Shown here: positions 10,979-24,653 of the stretch, in pieces
Position numbering within the stretch: the stretch's first letter is position 1
Layout: every line of letters starts with the position of its first letter
Assembly: GCA_010909165.1 (NCBI GenBank)
Contig: VJWM01000019.1
Coordinates: forward strand, 1,612,001 to 1,676,000
Length of the DNA: 64,000 bases
Reading direction: 5' to 3'
Origin: Anthoceros angustus
Taxonomy: Eukaryota > Plantae > Anthocerotophyta
The notes under the pieces: generated by a model
What the model saw: the letters and a program-made list of their open reading frames with translations, nothing else
Told to the model about the DNA's origin: nothing
Databases searched by the model: none
Program-made: the position numbers and the translations under genes

Positions 10979-12717
10979 TCGTTATCCTCGTCCAGTGCCT
11001 TTGGTGCCAAATGCAGCGAAAACCTCCTCACCGTCACCAGGAGCCCCAAAAGCAGACCGACGCCACATAAGGCTGATGGAAGCCTGAAAGCCCAGACTTC
11101 AGGCCCTAGGATTTTCCCCTACAGACAGCAAGAAGTGGACAGTGCAATGCAATTCACCAGTCAAAAACCAGAGAGCGAACGCATTCGCTTCTACTAGACG
11201 AGACGAAGACTCATGAACACACCCAGTGTGGAACCTTACCGACATTGCCATCAACCAATATATGAGCACGGGCTTGTCAAACCGGGGCTGTGCATTGAAC
11301 TGAGGAGTGATATAATCGCCAGTTACAATCCTGCATTGCGAGCTCTTTTAAAAAGATACCTGCAGCATCCCTAGAAACTGTGACAGGACCACATGAGGCT
11401 TGAAAGATCTCATATGCGGTTCATTCACTTGTGCTTTCAAACACCATGCTTACAGCGCCTGCCACGTCCGGGAACTGCAAAGGTCGGTACAGGAGGCTCG
11501 GAGAGACACCACTCTCCGTGTCCGAGATCTTCCTCTTCGCCGCGTTTTGTCCTGTTCACCGTCAGCTCCCTCTTCCTGCTCCTTACCAGCAGAAATCTAC
11601 CCTGCTGCATTCTGTGGCAGTCGAATTCCAGTCCTGTACCTCGAGCTCATAACAATTGCTTGATGCAATTGCAATCCATAAAACTTCCTCCCCGAGAGTG
11701 CACGATTCTGTGCAGTCTTGGGCTGCTCACAGGCTTGAGTGCACGTCCCACGCTCCGGCGTACAGAAGCGCGCCCGGACGGCAGGCCTACTGTTGCTGCC
11801 CTGGTGCAGAAATCCTGCAGGAAACGCATGCATCTTGCAAAACTCCAATGGCAACCCGCGGAAGCCATCAGTGCATCCCGAAGTTCACTAGACTGGCTGC
11901 CTGAAGTGCTTCATCTGATTGTTAACCTGAGGGACGGCCTGATTGCAGATTCCATTCCCAGAAGAGCATCCTTTGCCTTTGCACGGCCCAATGGGAGGAT
12001 ATGACCCAGTTCACAACAAGTAGGCAAAACCCAAAACCCCTAACCACGAACTTGTGGTCTTGCTCAGAACAGGTGCTACAAGTTGTAACAAGTTCTTTTT
12101 CGAAGCCGTTCAAAATCATAGAGCACTGGCTACTGAAGCTCTGTAGCCCGGTGCTCGTCCATGTCTCGGTCAGACGAACTAGCAAACAACCAAGTCAAGC
12201 ACTTCGTTCACATTCTGAGCTATGGTTGGAATACGACGGCATGATGGTGCTCTCCAGTGATGAGAAGGAAGATGTATCATTGCCTGATTCCGTGCATCGT
12301 TTCGCTGGCCAGCAACTGCACAGAAAAACCAGGCGTAAGGCGCTTGAATATGCTTGCCATTGAGGGTCGCTTTCCAGGTTTGTGACCAGCAGGTTGCCTT
12401 TCAGGTTCGTATTGACTGGGAAGAGACAGGAAATTTGTCCCGACTTGGCGCCTGAGCTTGAGGCGTTCAAGAGTTGTGTCCATCCGACTCCAAGCTGTTG
12501 TGATTTTTCACTCCATCATCTCGATTCTGTCCTAGTAAGCCATCAGGAGAGAGACGAGAGGGAATCTGATTTTACCGGCCTCAAGCAAGAGCTCGACGGG
12601 CCCAGCTGATTGCTTCACGGAGCTAGAGGAATTGGACACGGCGGAGAGACGACTGTTGGGGATTGTTCCTCCCAAGCCTCTAATGGCCAGTCCCCTGTCT
12701 TCACAGCTCTACCAGTG
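10979..12717 (-). pseudogene. Segment A copy 2: truncated ArnT-like pseudogene fragment
   Basis: Lacks ~154 bp (598-751 of copy 1), which removes the LVDDTEPLFVEAARQM exon end and its donor site. Cut inside exon 3 by the LTR. Confidence 0.85.
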
Positions 12718-15700
12718 TAACGGGAGCGCGAGGTACTAAGGCGCGAGGAAAGCACGAGCGTTTGCGAGAGCAGAAAGCACTGAAGGTGTTCGTTCATGTT
12801 TGGGGAAAGGTGAAGTACAAAATTGTGTCGGTTAAGTAGAGTACATGGTGGTTATTCTAAATATGCTTGGGTTATCAGCTTAACACACCCCCTTAACCCT
12901 AGCAATGGTAGAGATGAAAACTTGAGAATAATGACGATTTGCTAGTATGTTGAGCTTCATCCGCCATCTTCTTACTTGAAAGATGTTCTTCTTAATAATA
13001 ATATCATTTAGTGGAAAGAGGTAATAGAGATATGAAGTCTCTAAGCCCCATGGCCTCCATATGAATGAAGTGTTTTATGTTTTGGTAGGGGCTTAAGATC
13101 ATATTTGTGGGAACATAAGAAATCTTCACAACGTGAGTCTCATCAGCTTATCTTACATAGTGTTGTCGGATTTCAATGTGTTTAGTCCGAGAGTGAAGGC
13201 GAGGCTTACTGGCCATGGCAATAATGGACTTGTTATCACATAAAATCAGAGTTGGTGAAGCTTGTTTATAGGCCGAACCTTCGAGAAAAGTCCTCTCCCA
13301 AGCGGCTTCCTTGGATGCATCAGTCAAAGCTATGTATTCGGCCTCCGTAGATGATAAAGCCATTGAAGTCTGCTTCTTAGACCTCCAGTTGATAGTTCCA
13401 TTAGAGAGCACAAAACAATAAGCAGATATGCTTCTTCGACTATCGGGATCTGAGGCCCAATCGCCATCAGCATATCCCGTAATGTAACGGTAGAACTATT
13501 GTCTTGAAACCAAAGCCCATAAGAGAGAGTTCTCTTTAGGTATCTATACACCCTCTTAACTGCTGAGCAGTATTCACGCCCGGGATTTTCTAGAAATTGA
13601 GATAAAGTGCTAATGGTATATTGGATATTGGGCCGAGTCCAACAACATAAATAGTAAAGACACCCCACTGCATGCCTATAGGGAACTTGTGATATAGCAA
13701 ACTTCTCCTCATTTATTTGTGGAGATTGAAAGGTGGTCAACTGTAACCGATTGAATGCTTCTCTTTTCAATACCCTAGGGAGCAAGATGGCCTACGTGCT
13801 ACCTTGCTTCTTCTTAGAAAACAACTTGGTGTCATCTTCAACAAGAGGAGCTTTTAGCAATCAAAGATATGCAAGACCTTAGTCCACTAGTGATGATTCT
13901 GATGTGTTCCGATATTGTGGAGATATTTTGACTGATGAGAATCAAAGGTCCTCCTCCTACCATTCACACAACAAGGAGACAAACTCACCTTATTATTCTC
14001 TAACTATACCACTACACCAGTTCATAGTGTCACTCCACATAATTCGTCATCATAACGTTCTAATCGATCAGGTCAGCATCATTCTACGGCTTCTACTAAG
14101 AAACTCTATTATGCTGATGGATGTCATGCCGTATGATACTAATCTCTACACTTGGATTCAGTGTTTTATTAGCATTAATTAATCTAATGACTTATCTTTA
14201 AGTAAGTAATTAGTGTTAATTAATCTAAACCACTTATGTTAATTAAGCATTGATTAGTATTAAGTAAACATGGTTAGCAATAGCTAAGTGGATAAGCTCA
14301 AGTAATATGCTTTGGCATATTCCTTGCATATTATAGTGTATTCTTATGATACAATAGCTAAGAGGATGATTTATTAAGGTGAAAGAACGATGGAAAGAGA
14401 CCATCTAGGAGGGGACAACAAATGGGGACCCGGGTCGGAGTGAAGAGGAGCAACCAGCTCCCTACCTAAAGTGACCAAGCGCACCCACAATGTCATATGC
14501 GTAGAATAAACACGCAAAACCACGGAGGAAAGGAAAAGGCATCACCCACCGCCGCCACCTCATGGAGAATCGCTGAGAGCCTGCTGAAGAGCAATAGAAA
14601 CCACTGGCCGGAGTATCTGAAGTACGAGAGGGACACAGACTATGCCTCACACGATGGTAAGCTTTGGCACAAGACTTGACGAATTTGTTAAAGTCCTCAC
14701 CATTGCCCCATACGCTTTAGAGCAAGCGGGATAAAGAGGTGGCCTGCTTGCATCCTGAACCCTGGACGTGAACACTAGATGTCAACTAAGCGCATATTCA
14801 GATACCTCAAGGGTACCATGCACAGGATTGACATTCAAGTATACACCGAGCATAAAGACGTTGACATTAATACCACGCCGACGCCGACTATGCCGGTGAC
14901 ACACGCAGATCCGTGACGTTACGCATCGCTATTGGGGAGCACCAATATCCCGGTCAAGTAAGAAACAACCAACCATAGCCTTGTCCAAAGACCGAGTCGA
15001 GTATAGAGTACTAACCTCGGTTGCTAAAGACATAGTATGGACTAGGCTAACCTTGAGTGAACTTCATCACAAGGTGAAAAGCCCACCTTGTTGTTGAGTG
15101 ATAGTCGTGAGCTATAGCCTTGTTAAGGAACCCTGTCTTCCACTCTAGAACTAAACATATTGTCGAATATCATTACATCAGAGAGAAAATAGAGGATAAA
15201 ACTATAGATATTAGTTATGTTCAAACTTTAGATAACGCAGCTGATTTATTAACAAAGTCACTAGGCATTGAACTGCACAGGAAACACATGAAATGTTTAG
15301 GTATATTGGACACATTGTCTAAGTCTCCAGCCTAGAGTTCATCCTAGCAGCTAAATTGGTCTACTTGAGATAACCTTAAAAACTAGTCCAATATTCTATT
15401 CTAAGTCTTCTGAACAATCATCCTCAATCTCAACATAGGCCTCGTATCCTACGTCCTCTTCTTCATACATAGTTGAGGAGCTCTCTGGAAAATAATATTA
15501 AAATATTAAATAATATTTTGCTAATTAAAACTTTTCCATATTTTCTTAGCCTCAAGAATACTCATAGACATGGATCATATGTCGGAAATTCTTCACAAAA
15601 GCATACATAACCCGTATCATGTGTATCTTAGTTTCCTGGCAAACATAGGAGCATGGTGGTACGCCCGCTCTCCCCTTTCATATTAGTGATTATATAGATG

Positions 15701-18700
15701 AGTTTCATATCATCACCCTTGGGATATATGCCGGGCTTCCAGAACCCTATGTTTCCTATCCTATGTCTTCCTTCTCCAAAAAAAAAAAATGGGCAAGTTT
15801 TAGCAAGAGAAAAATAAGTTAGAATACTTTTTTAGAATCACAAAAGGCATGTCTACCTTTTTCATTTTTCTCATTTTCTTCATTTTCCACTTCATTTTCC
15901 TTTTTCCCATAATTTTCCATACATAAATCTGCGAAAATAGTATCAGAAAATTCATCACAATTGATATTTTTGGAACTGGAAAATGGTCATTTGAAGATGC
16001 CCACAAACGGGCTTACAACTTGGTGTCTCTTCCTTACAAAAAGGGGGGGTGGGGGGAGGCATTCTTCATCCTGCTCTAAGGTGCCTCCCCTTCATGACAG
16101 GGGTTGACACCTTATTACACACAATCAGGGGGTGCCTTACTTGAGATTTCAGCCTCGCTCATCGCAGGAAGCTCTTCCATGAACACTCTTCCAAGGCAGT
16201 TGAGTCAGAGAGAGCAATTTCAAGCGATTTCTTCTCCACAAGAACTTTCTGGAATCTTCCTCGACGATCTCTCATCTGCACACAACTGTGGTGACGGCTT
16301 GCTGCATTTGGAGCAGGCCTAGGCTTGGGATTGGCAGCAGGCACTTTCAACAAATTAAGACAAGACATGGGGGCAATATCTTTCTCCAATTTCCCGGCCT
16401 GAGTGAGGTACTCCCGCATAAAGACTCACACATCAATTGGCGACCTCCAAGACCGCAGGACGACTTCCACCTCTCCAAGGTGACTTCAACATCAACACGA
16501 GTGCGGACCACTTCCTACCACCGGAAATCGTGGTGGGCTCTCAACAAAGTTGGAATCCAGGGAGGCGTGAGAGGATCACCGGGAGGCGTTGCTCTTGAGG
16601 CGCGATCCCTCCCAGGGCGCACTCCTCCCAATTCTTCTTCCATGCGGGCGGCCATCTTGCGGCAGGCGCCGTGCGACGCGGTGAGGCACATGTGGGCGGG
16701 CCGCCCCGATGGGCAGCGTCCCTCGGCCAGGCCGCTTCTGCACGGATCATGCCATGGCGGAGCTTTCTTTGGGGAGGCGCGGCGGGAGGCGGGCGCGATG
16801 GAGGCGGGAGGGAATAAAACCGTATGGGAGGGTACATAATGATGACTTCACATGGCATATGGTCAGTTACCATTTAATGGGTTTTCACTTTTTACCTCTT
16901 TCAAGTTTTCCTTTAACTTTTACCTATAGTTTTTACTAAGATTAACCTAGTTTAAGTTTTACTTTTATCTTTTTACCTTGTTTAGGATTTCACTATTTTC
17001 TAATTAATTTTTTGGTAATTAATTTTGATTACATTAAATTCTGCTTAAATGTAACTTAAGCCAGTTTTTAATTGTTTTCTTAGTTAGCGAATAGCTTTCA
17101 AGTTAGTGGGAGCTAACTAACCTTTTTAGGCTTATTTTGAAGCTATTTCTTCACACCTAGTTCATAGTGAGTGGGAGTGATGAAATATGACCTATTTAGG
17201 GCACTCTTCACTAGGGCACCTAAGACTATTAATTAATTTAGTTCTTAGGGCTTTAGGTAGTTTATTTAGTAGTTAGTTGTTACAACCACCTAGAGGTTAG
17301 AACTACTTATAGTTACAACCACCTTATGGTTATAACCACCCAGCCTATATAAAGGCTTTGTACTTTCTATTATAATCAATGCATACAACTCTTTGTGCAA
17401 AGCTTTCTACTATCTGCTTGCTATGTTTTGCTACCTAGAGCAGCTATGATTCTCATCAATAAACTAGTTGACTTGAATACCCATGCTATTGTATATGCTC
17501 GCACTGTCACTTTTGATGAGGCTCGGTTAGCATCGCTGGATTCTCCCGTGGACTCGCGGCTCCTTACGACACCGCTTCTTGGACCTTATGCCTAAGTTTT
17601 TGACTCTACCCTCTGTTTTCCACGACTCGGTCCTCCACACTCTTGCTCCACCCATGGCCTCTCCTCACCTCAAGCAACAACTCACTGTTCTCAGAGGGGA
17701 AGATGAATAGGCCATTGTTGATCCTTTTGAAAACAGACTTTGGTGCTCTTAATCCCCAAGACCTAGAGACCTTTCTTGCTCCACCGCCTCCGGTTATACT
17801 TGATCCAGCGACGATATCCTTTGCGGCAATCGAGACACCTGGAAGAGATCCCTTTGATTTAGCGTTCAATCATGCGGCTACACTGCGAGTCATTTCAATC
17901 GTTCACTGGTCCTTGAGGAGATCCTCTCACTCTACAAGAAGCATATTCTGACTTGATGCGCTAAGTGGAAGTTTGCTATTGATGATGAATATAATTCTCT
18001 TATCAAAAATAATACTTGGACTTGAGTAAACTTGCCCAAAGGCAAAACTAATGTCAAATGCAAGTGGGTTCTCAAAACTAAATTCCAGGAGGTTGAACTT
18101 CAAATTTGCTATAGAGCAAGACTAGTGGCTAAGGGTTATAGTCAGGAAGAGGGTGTGGACTATCAGGGCGATAAGGTTTATTCACCGTTGTCAAGGCCGA
18201 GAATGCTCTTGGCTTTATGTGCCGAGCTTAATCTGAAATTTATCACATTTTGTACTTTCCTTTATGGTCATCGCAAGAGATCTATATGGATAAATTGGAA
18301 GACTATGAAGATGAGCAACACCCAAACAAAGTGTGTAAACTTATTCACTCCATTTTCTTGGCCACGCGTTTATGGTATGAAAGAATGGATTCTTACCTCA
18401 AGAAGATAGGTTTATTCAAAGTGAAGGACACCAATATCTACTCTACAAGGATAGCTCCCTTGTACTGGTTGCACTATACATTGTTACTTATTCCTGGCAA
18501 CAATATTTAACTAGTTAACCAGATTTAAGCTGATCTTAGTAAAGAATTCGAAATGAAGAATCTCGGCAAAGTTAAATATATTCTTGGAATGCATGTACAT
18601 AGAGATGCCACTGGAGCTATTTATCTCCATCAAGGAAGATATGTAGCTGGCATGTTAAGACACTTCAATTTGGAGAATGCACATGCAAGACCACACGCCG

Positions 18701-21676
18701 TAGGTGTTAAGCTTTCATCTACTACCCGTCCACAATCTCAACAGGAAAAGAAAGAGATGGAAAATATTCCTTATCGTATGGGAGTTGGTACTCTCATGTT
18801 CTTGAGTAATCAAACCAAACCATCTCAAATATTGTAAATGTTGTTGCTCAGTTCTCAGAGAATCCAAGAAAGGATCACTGGGTTGCTCTCAAGCACATCA
18901 TGCGGTACCTCAAGGGTACTCCAAATTATGGCCTCTGCTTCAAACCTAGCGGAAAGAAGCATTTGCTATTGACACGCTTTGTCGATGCAGATTGGGCTTC
19001 AGATGCTGACACTCGAAAAAATATCTCAGCATATTGTTTTTTTGCTGGCTCCACTGTTGTTAATTGGTCTTGTAGAAAACAAGCTACAATATCACTATCA
19101 TCAACGAATCGGAGCACAAAGCACTCAGACGATAGAGGCTAAATGGGAAAGAAAGCTATGTGAAGATTTGGATATGAAGTAGGAAGGGCCAACAATGCTT
19201 AATTGTGATTAATTTTTAGTTCTTAGATTTAGATAATCCAACTAGTCTCGAGGGAGAGTTAGAAATGCAGACCCGCGTTGGTTGGCTTGAAGCAACAGTG
19301 GTCATACCCTCGGAATCTTGTCAGAGGTACAATTATTCAGGCTATAAAAGTGCACTACTTGTAATCAATTGTATCAATTAGTAAAGCACTAAACTTTGAT
19401 CATAAATTGCTTCATAAGCACCTCAAACCGACTTCGCCATCAACATCTCCAGCCCAATATGAATCATAAAATCCAACTACCTTGGCTTCTTGTTGTCGCT
19501 CCTTTTGCTATTTCAACTCCCAATGTTTTGTGCCAAGTACTTGAATATCCTCTTGATTGCTTGATAATGTTGTTGCCAGTTGGCCAAAATTGACTCACAA
19601 CTCCCCTTTTTTGTCGGGCCTTATCCCTATGGCCAAATATGTAAGACAAACAACAACATGCTGGTAGAGAGTTTTATCTACCTTCGCTTTCTCCTTTTCA
19701 GTTGTAGGGCTCATCTCCTTTGATAGCTTCTCATTGAAGATCATTGGCGTCTTCATGGGTTTCCAATCTTGCATGTCAAAACGCTCCAGTATAGTCTCCA
19801 CATACGTTTGTTGGCTCAAAGAGTCTATATACTTGTTAGCCTTATTCCTTTTTACCTTTATTCCTAAGAAATAGTGGAGCTCACCCAAATCTCTCATATC
19901 AAAGCTTGCATTAAGGCTTTTATTTGCTAAGTCTAAGAGTTCCATGTTATTGCTAGCAATAATCAAATCGTCCATATAGACAGCGATGATAATTATAGAT
20001 TCTCCCACTCTTTTCACATAGATATTCCAATCAGCATTGGTTTTTTTGAAACCTATAAACTGGAAAAACACATCAAGCTTACGATACCAAGCAAGGGCAG
20101 ATTGCTTAAGACCATAGAGAGCCTTTAGCAGCCTACATACCTCTCCCTCGCGTCCTGGTATTTCATATTCCTTTGGTTGGTCCATGTAGATCTCTTCATC
20201 CACATTTCTATTTAGAAAAGCGGTGAGAACATCCATTAAATATATCTCCATGTCGAAAGAGGATGCGATAGCTAGCAGAGTTTGGACAGATGCTATCTTA
20301 GCAACAAGGGAGAAGGTGTCAGTATAATCCACGCTTGGGACTTGTGTATATCCTTTGCCCACCAGATTTGCCTTGTAGCGCTCTATGCTTCCATCAACCT
20401 TGCGCTTAATCTTAAATGTCCACTTGGATCCTATGCTCTTCCTTCCGGGAGGTAGAGGAGTGATTACCCAAGTGTTATTCTTGAGAAGGGAGTTATATTA
20501 ATTGTCCACGGCTTCTTTCCACTCCTTCGCCTTTGGTCATTCCAATGCCTCCCTCACGCTTTGTGGTTCGCCGGCATCTGCCAACCATGCCTCCTCATAC
20601 ACACATGCATTCATGGATTCCAAGATCTTCTGTGAAGGTTTCCAAACTACTCAACAGCATAGTGATCACCTTGCCCTCTGGAGGTTTCATCTCTGCCTCC
20701 CTCATTTGATCAACCAAGCTTTTCAACTTGTTGACATGTTGCTGAACGGTGTCGCCCTCAGCCATCTTGAAGTTGGAGAATTGACTTTCCAACAGCATTC
20801 CACTCACAATGCTCTTCTTCTCGTACGTTGTGCAAAGAATTTTTCATGCATCCTGCGAAGAGACACACTCACTCAATTGTGAGAGAACGTCATCTAACCC
20901 ATTCAGAATAATATTAGCCAAGGCTTTCGCATCCTTGCCTACATCCTTTTCAGAAGGGCCATATGAAAGTCCATTTTCTACAAACTTTCACAATCCTTTG
21001 TCAATGAGAAGAGATTTTAGCTTCAACTTCCATAATGTGAAGTTCCTGCCATCCAACTTCTCCACTTGATGCGTAGTCTCCATATGCATGCCGTTGGAAG
21101 CCATGCAAAGACGAGACAAAAATTCCTCGCACCAAAACTACTGCCAAGCGTCGCAAAATTGCAAACAAGCTTTCACAGACACTTCGTCTGCATAGCTACA
21201 AATAATGCAATTTCCCGCATAGCTACAATAATGCAATAAAAGGCAAGTAACATAGTCCCACACAAGGTGGTGTAGAGTACTTTTTGCAGCTCCTGAACCA
21301 TGCTCTGATACCATGTTAGAGAACAGTAAGTCCCAATTTCAGTGCAATAAAAATGGTGTGCTATGCATACATATATAGTCCTTGGCCTTGTCATGTTCTC
21401 GATAATATGAACCCTATCTCGATCTTGGGATTGTCCTATCTACTTCTAGGACTTATTCTATCTACTTATAGGACTTATTCTCTGAACTCTAATATGGGAT
21501 CTGTTGCACTGATCGATTTCTAACAGATACCATGTAGCGGGAGCGCGAGGCACTGAGGCGGGAGGAAAGTACGAGCGTTTGTTCATGTTTGGGGAAATGT
21601 GAAGTACACAAAATTGTGTCGGTTCAGTAGAGTACGTGGTGGTTATTCTAACTGCGCTTGGGTTATTAGCTTAACG
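12716..21676. mobile_element. Copia nest, copy 2 (tandem duplicate of 2030-10975)
   Basis: Same order and junctions of all sub-elements. LTRs at 12716-12885, 21314-21525 and 21533-21676. Confidence 0.93.
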
Positions 21677-21679
21677 CGC

Positions 21680-23419
21680 TCGTTATCCTCGTCCAGTGCC
21701 TTTGGTGCCAAATGCAGCGAAAACCTCCTCACCGTCACCAGGAGCCCCAAAAGCAGACCGACGCCACATAAGGCTGATGGAAGCCTGAAAGCCCAGACTT
21801 CAGGCCCTAGGATTTTCCCCTACAGACAGCAAGAAGTGGACAGTGCAATGCAATTCACCAGTCAAAAACCAGAGAGCGAACGCATTCGCTTCTACTAGAC
21901 GAGACGAAGACTCATGAACACACCCAGTGTGGAACCTTACCGACATTGCCATCAACCAATATATGAGCACGGGCTTGTCAAACCGGGGCTGTGCATTGAA
22001 CTGAGGAGTGATATAGTCGCCAGTTACAATCCTGCATTGCGAGCTCTTTTAAAAAGATACCTGCAGCATCCCTAGAAACTGTGACAGGACCACATGAGGC
22101 TTGAAAGATCTCATATGCGGTTCATTCACTTGTGCTTTCAGACACCATGCTTACAGCGCCTGCCACGTCCGGGAACTGCAAAGGTCGGTACAGGAGGCTC
22201 GGGAGAGACACCACTCTCCGTGTCCGAGATCTTCCTCTTCGCCGCGTTTTGTCCTGTTCACCGTCAGCTCCCTCTTCCTGCTCCTTACCAGCAGAAATCT
22301 ACCCTGCTGCATTCTGTGGCAGTCGAATTCCAGTCCTGTACCTCGAGCTCATAACAATTGCTTGATGCAATTGCAATCCATAAAACTTCCTCCGCGAGAG
22401 TGCACGATTCTGTGCAGTCTTGGGCTGCTCACAGGCTTGAGTGCACGTCCCACGCTCCGGCGTACAGAAGCGCGCCCGGACGGCAGGCCTACTGTTGCTG
22501 CCCTGGTGCAGAAATCCTGCAGGAAACGCATGCATCTTGCAAAACTCCAATGGCAACCCGCGGAAGCCATCAGTGCATCCCGAAGTTCACTAGACTGGCT
22601 GCCTGAAGTGCTTCATCTGATTGTTAACCTGAGGGACGGCCTGATTGCAGATTCCATTCCCAGAAGAGCATCCTTTGCCTTTGCACGGCCCAATGGGAGG
22701 ATATGACCCAGTTCACAACAAGTAGGCAAAACCCAAAACCCTAACCACGAACTTTGTGGTCTTGCTCAGAACAGGTGCTACAAGTTGTAACAAGTTCTTT
22801 TTCGAAGCCGTTCAAAATCATAGAGCACTGGCTACTGAAGCTCTGTAGCCCGGTGCTCGTCCATGTCTCGGTCAGATGAACAAGCAAGCAACCAAGTCAA
22901 GCACTTCATGCACATTCTGAGCTATGGTTGGAATACGACGGCATGATGGTGCTCTCCAGTGATGAGAAGGAAGATGTATCATTGCCTGATTCCGTGCATC
23001 GTTTCGCTGGCCAGCAACTGCACAGAAAAACCAGGCGTAAGGCGCTTGAATATGCTTGCCATTGAGGGTCGCTTTCCAGGTTTGTGACCAGCAGGTTGCC
23101 TTTCAGGTTCGTATTGACTGGGAAGAGACAGGAAATCTGTCCCGACTTGGCGCCTGAGCTTGAGGCGTTCAAGAGTTGTGTCCATCCGACTCCAAGCTGT
23201 TGTGATTTTTCACTCCATCATCTCGATTCTGTCCTAGTAAGCCATCAGGAGAGAGACGAGAGGGAATCTGATTTTACCGGCCTCAAGCAAGAGCTCGACG
23301 GGCCCAGCTGATTGCTTCACGGAACTAGAGGAATTGGACACGGCGGAGAGACGACAGTTGGGGATTGTTCCTCCCAAGCCTCTAATGGCCAGTCCCCTGT
23401 CTTCACAGCTCTACCAGTG
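21680..23419 (-). pseudogene. Segment A copy 3: truncated ArnT-like pseudogene fragment continuing into unique sequence
   Basis: Carries the same ~154-bp deletion as copy 2. After ctaccagtg it continues into unique DNA rather than an LTR. Confidence 0.85.
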
Positions 23420-23519
23420 GAATTTAACCCACACTACTACTGTATCTGCGTTGTGATCGCACTTGTGATGCTCAAGAGGTTCCGCCAACGCCAGAGCTTC
23501 ACGACTCAGCTACTAGCAG

Positions 23520-24087
23520 CTACCTGGAAGCAGAGTGGAGAACCCATTTCCTCCTCCCACTGGCTGTGGACGTGGGTACCGCCTGCAGAGAGCACGAGAC
23601 ACGACGGATGCATTGAAGTGACGATACAGTCTCGGCGAGCAGCTTCCTGAAGATGAGACAGGGCAAAGGGAAAGGGTTCGTATAGTGCTCACATTGGAGA
23701 AGCTTATTCGAGCTGACATGGACCTTCTTTGGCGGTACGTCTCCTCACACGCCTTGTAAATCACAAACGAACCTCCAGCCACAAGAAACCCGAGCACAGC
23801 ACCAAACCACAGGGGTGCAGCTGCATCCGCATCCCCAATTCCCGCCAGTCAGAATGCAAAGACGAAGCTGCTGCAGAGCCTGGCAAGACAGATAAGAAAT
23901 TGATCTCACCTAGAGCGTACGCAGCCAGGGTGCCCAGGCCGGCCCCGGCAGCGCTCACCCCAACAGGAACCAGCGCCTTCCTCACCACCTTGTGCACTGT
24001 CTTGTAAAAGCGCGAGCGAACCACATTCCAGATCAAAGCGTACGCCTTGTCCTTCACCCAGTGCTTGAATCTCGCCCACCTGCCCAT
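23520..24087 (-). CDS. Small unknown membrane protein (3-4 exons)
   Basis: MGRWARFKHWVKDKAYALIWNVVRSRFYK...GAGLGTLAAYAL/AAPLWFGAVLGFLVAGGSFVIYKACEETYRQRR/KLLAET. GT-AG introns keep the frame; two Gly-rich hydrophobic helices. The 3' end is uncertain. Confidence 0.55.
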
Positions 24088-24167
24088 CCCTTTCCACTTC
24101 CGCTAGCAGCGATCACCCCTGTCCCTAGGTGAGATCACCTGATCAGAATCATCTCCAATAGCAAGCC

Positions 24168-24217
24168 TGCCCAATGCAGGACACGCGTCGAGTGCCCAAT
24201 GCAGGACACGCGTCGAG
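24168..24217. repeat. Perfect 25-bp tandem duplication in a divergent promoter
   Basis: TGCCCAATGCAGGACACGCGTCGAG x2. Site II-like AGGCCCA motifs lie nearby at ~24351 and ~24402. Confidence 0.9.
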
Positions 24218-24653
24218 CGCCACACCGGCGGTCGCATCGAGTGCCAGAGCGGTACCGGTACACAAGATTTCGCACGAGAATTTAAAAACCTGGGGGCATG
24301 TAACGGCCGACATCTGCTCAGGCACAGGTCCCGTTTGGATTTAATTTGCAAGGCCCAGCCCCAAGGGAGTGCCTTTCCAGAAATTCTCAGGGGCCCCGAA
24401 AGGCCCAAGAGGGGGGTTGGAAAAAGTTTTCAACCAGCAATTGACGCGTCTCGGTTTGACCTCACAAACTGCGTCATTGCCCCAAGCGCAAAGATAACAA
24501 CACCTTGTGGAGGGCCTGCTCATATAGTGCCTGGCGGGTTCACGGTTTTACTGGTCCAATATGGGTTTATTCCGAGGTTCGTATTCCATGACCGGAGTTC
24601 CTGCCCGATACGACGGGGCAGGCTGGAGGGAAGGCAGCCAGTCCAGAGGTGTG

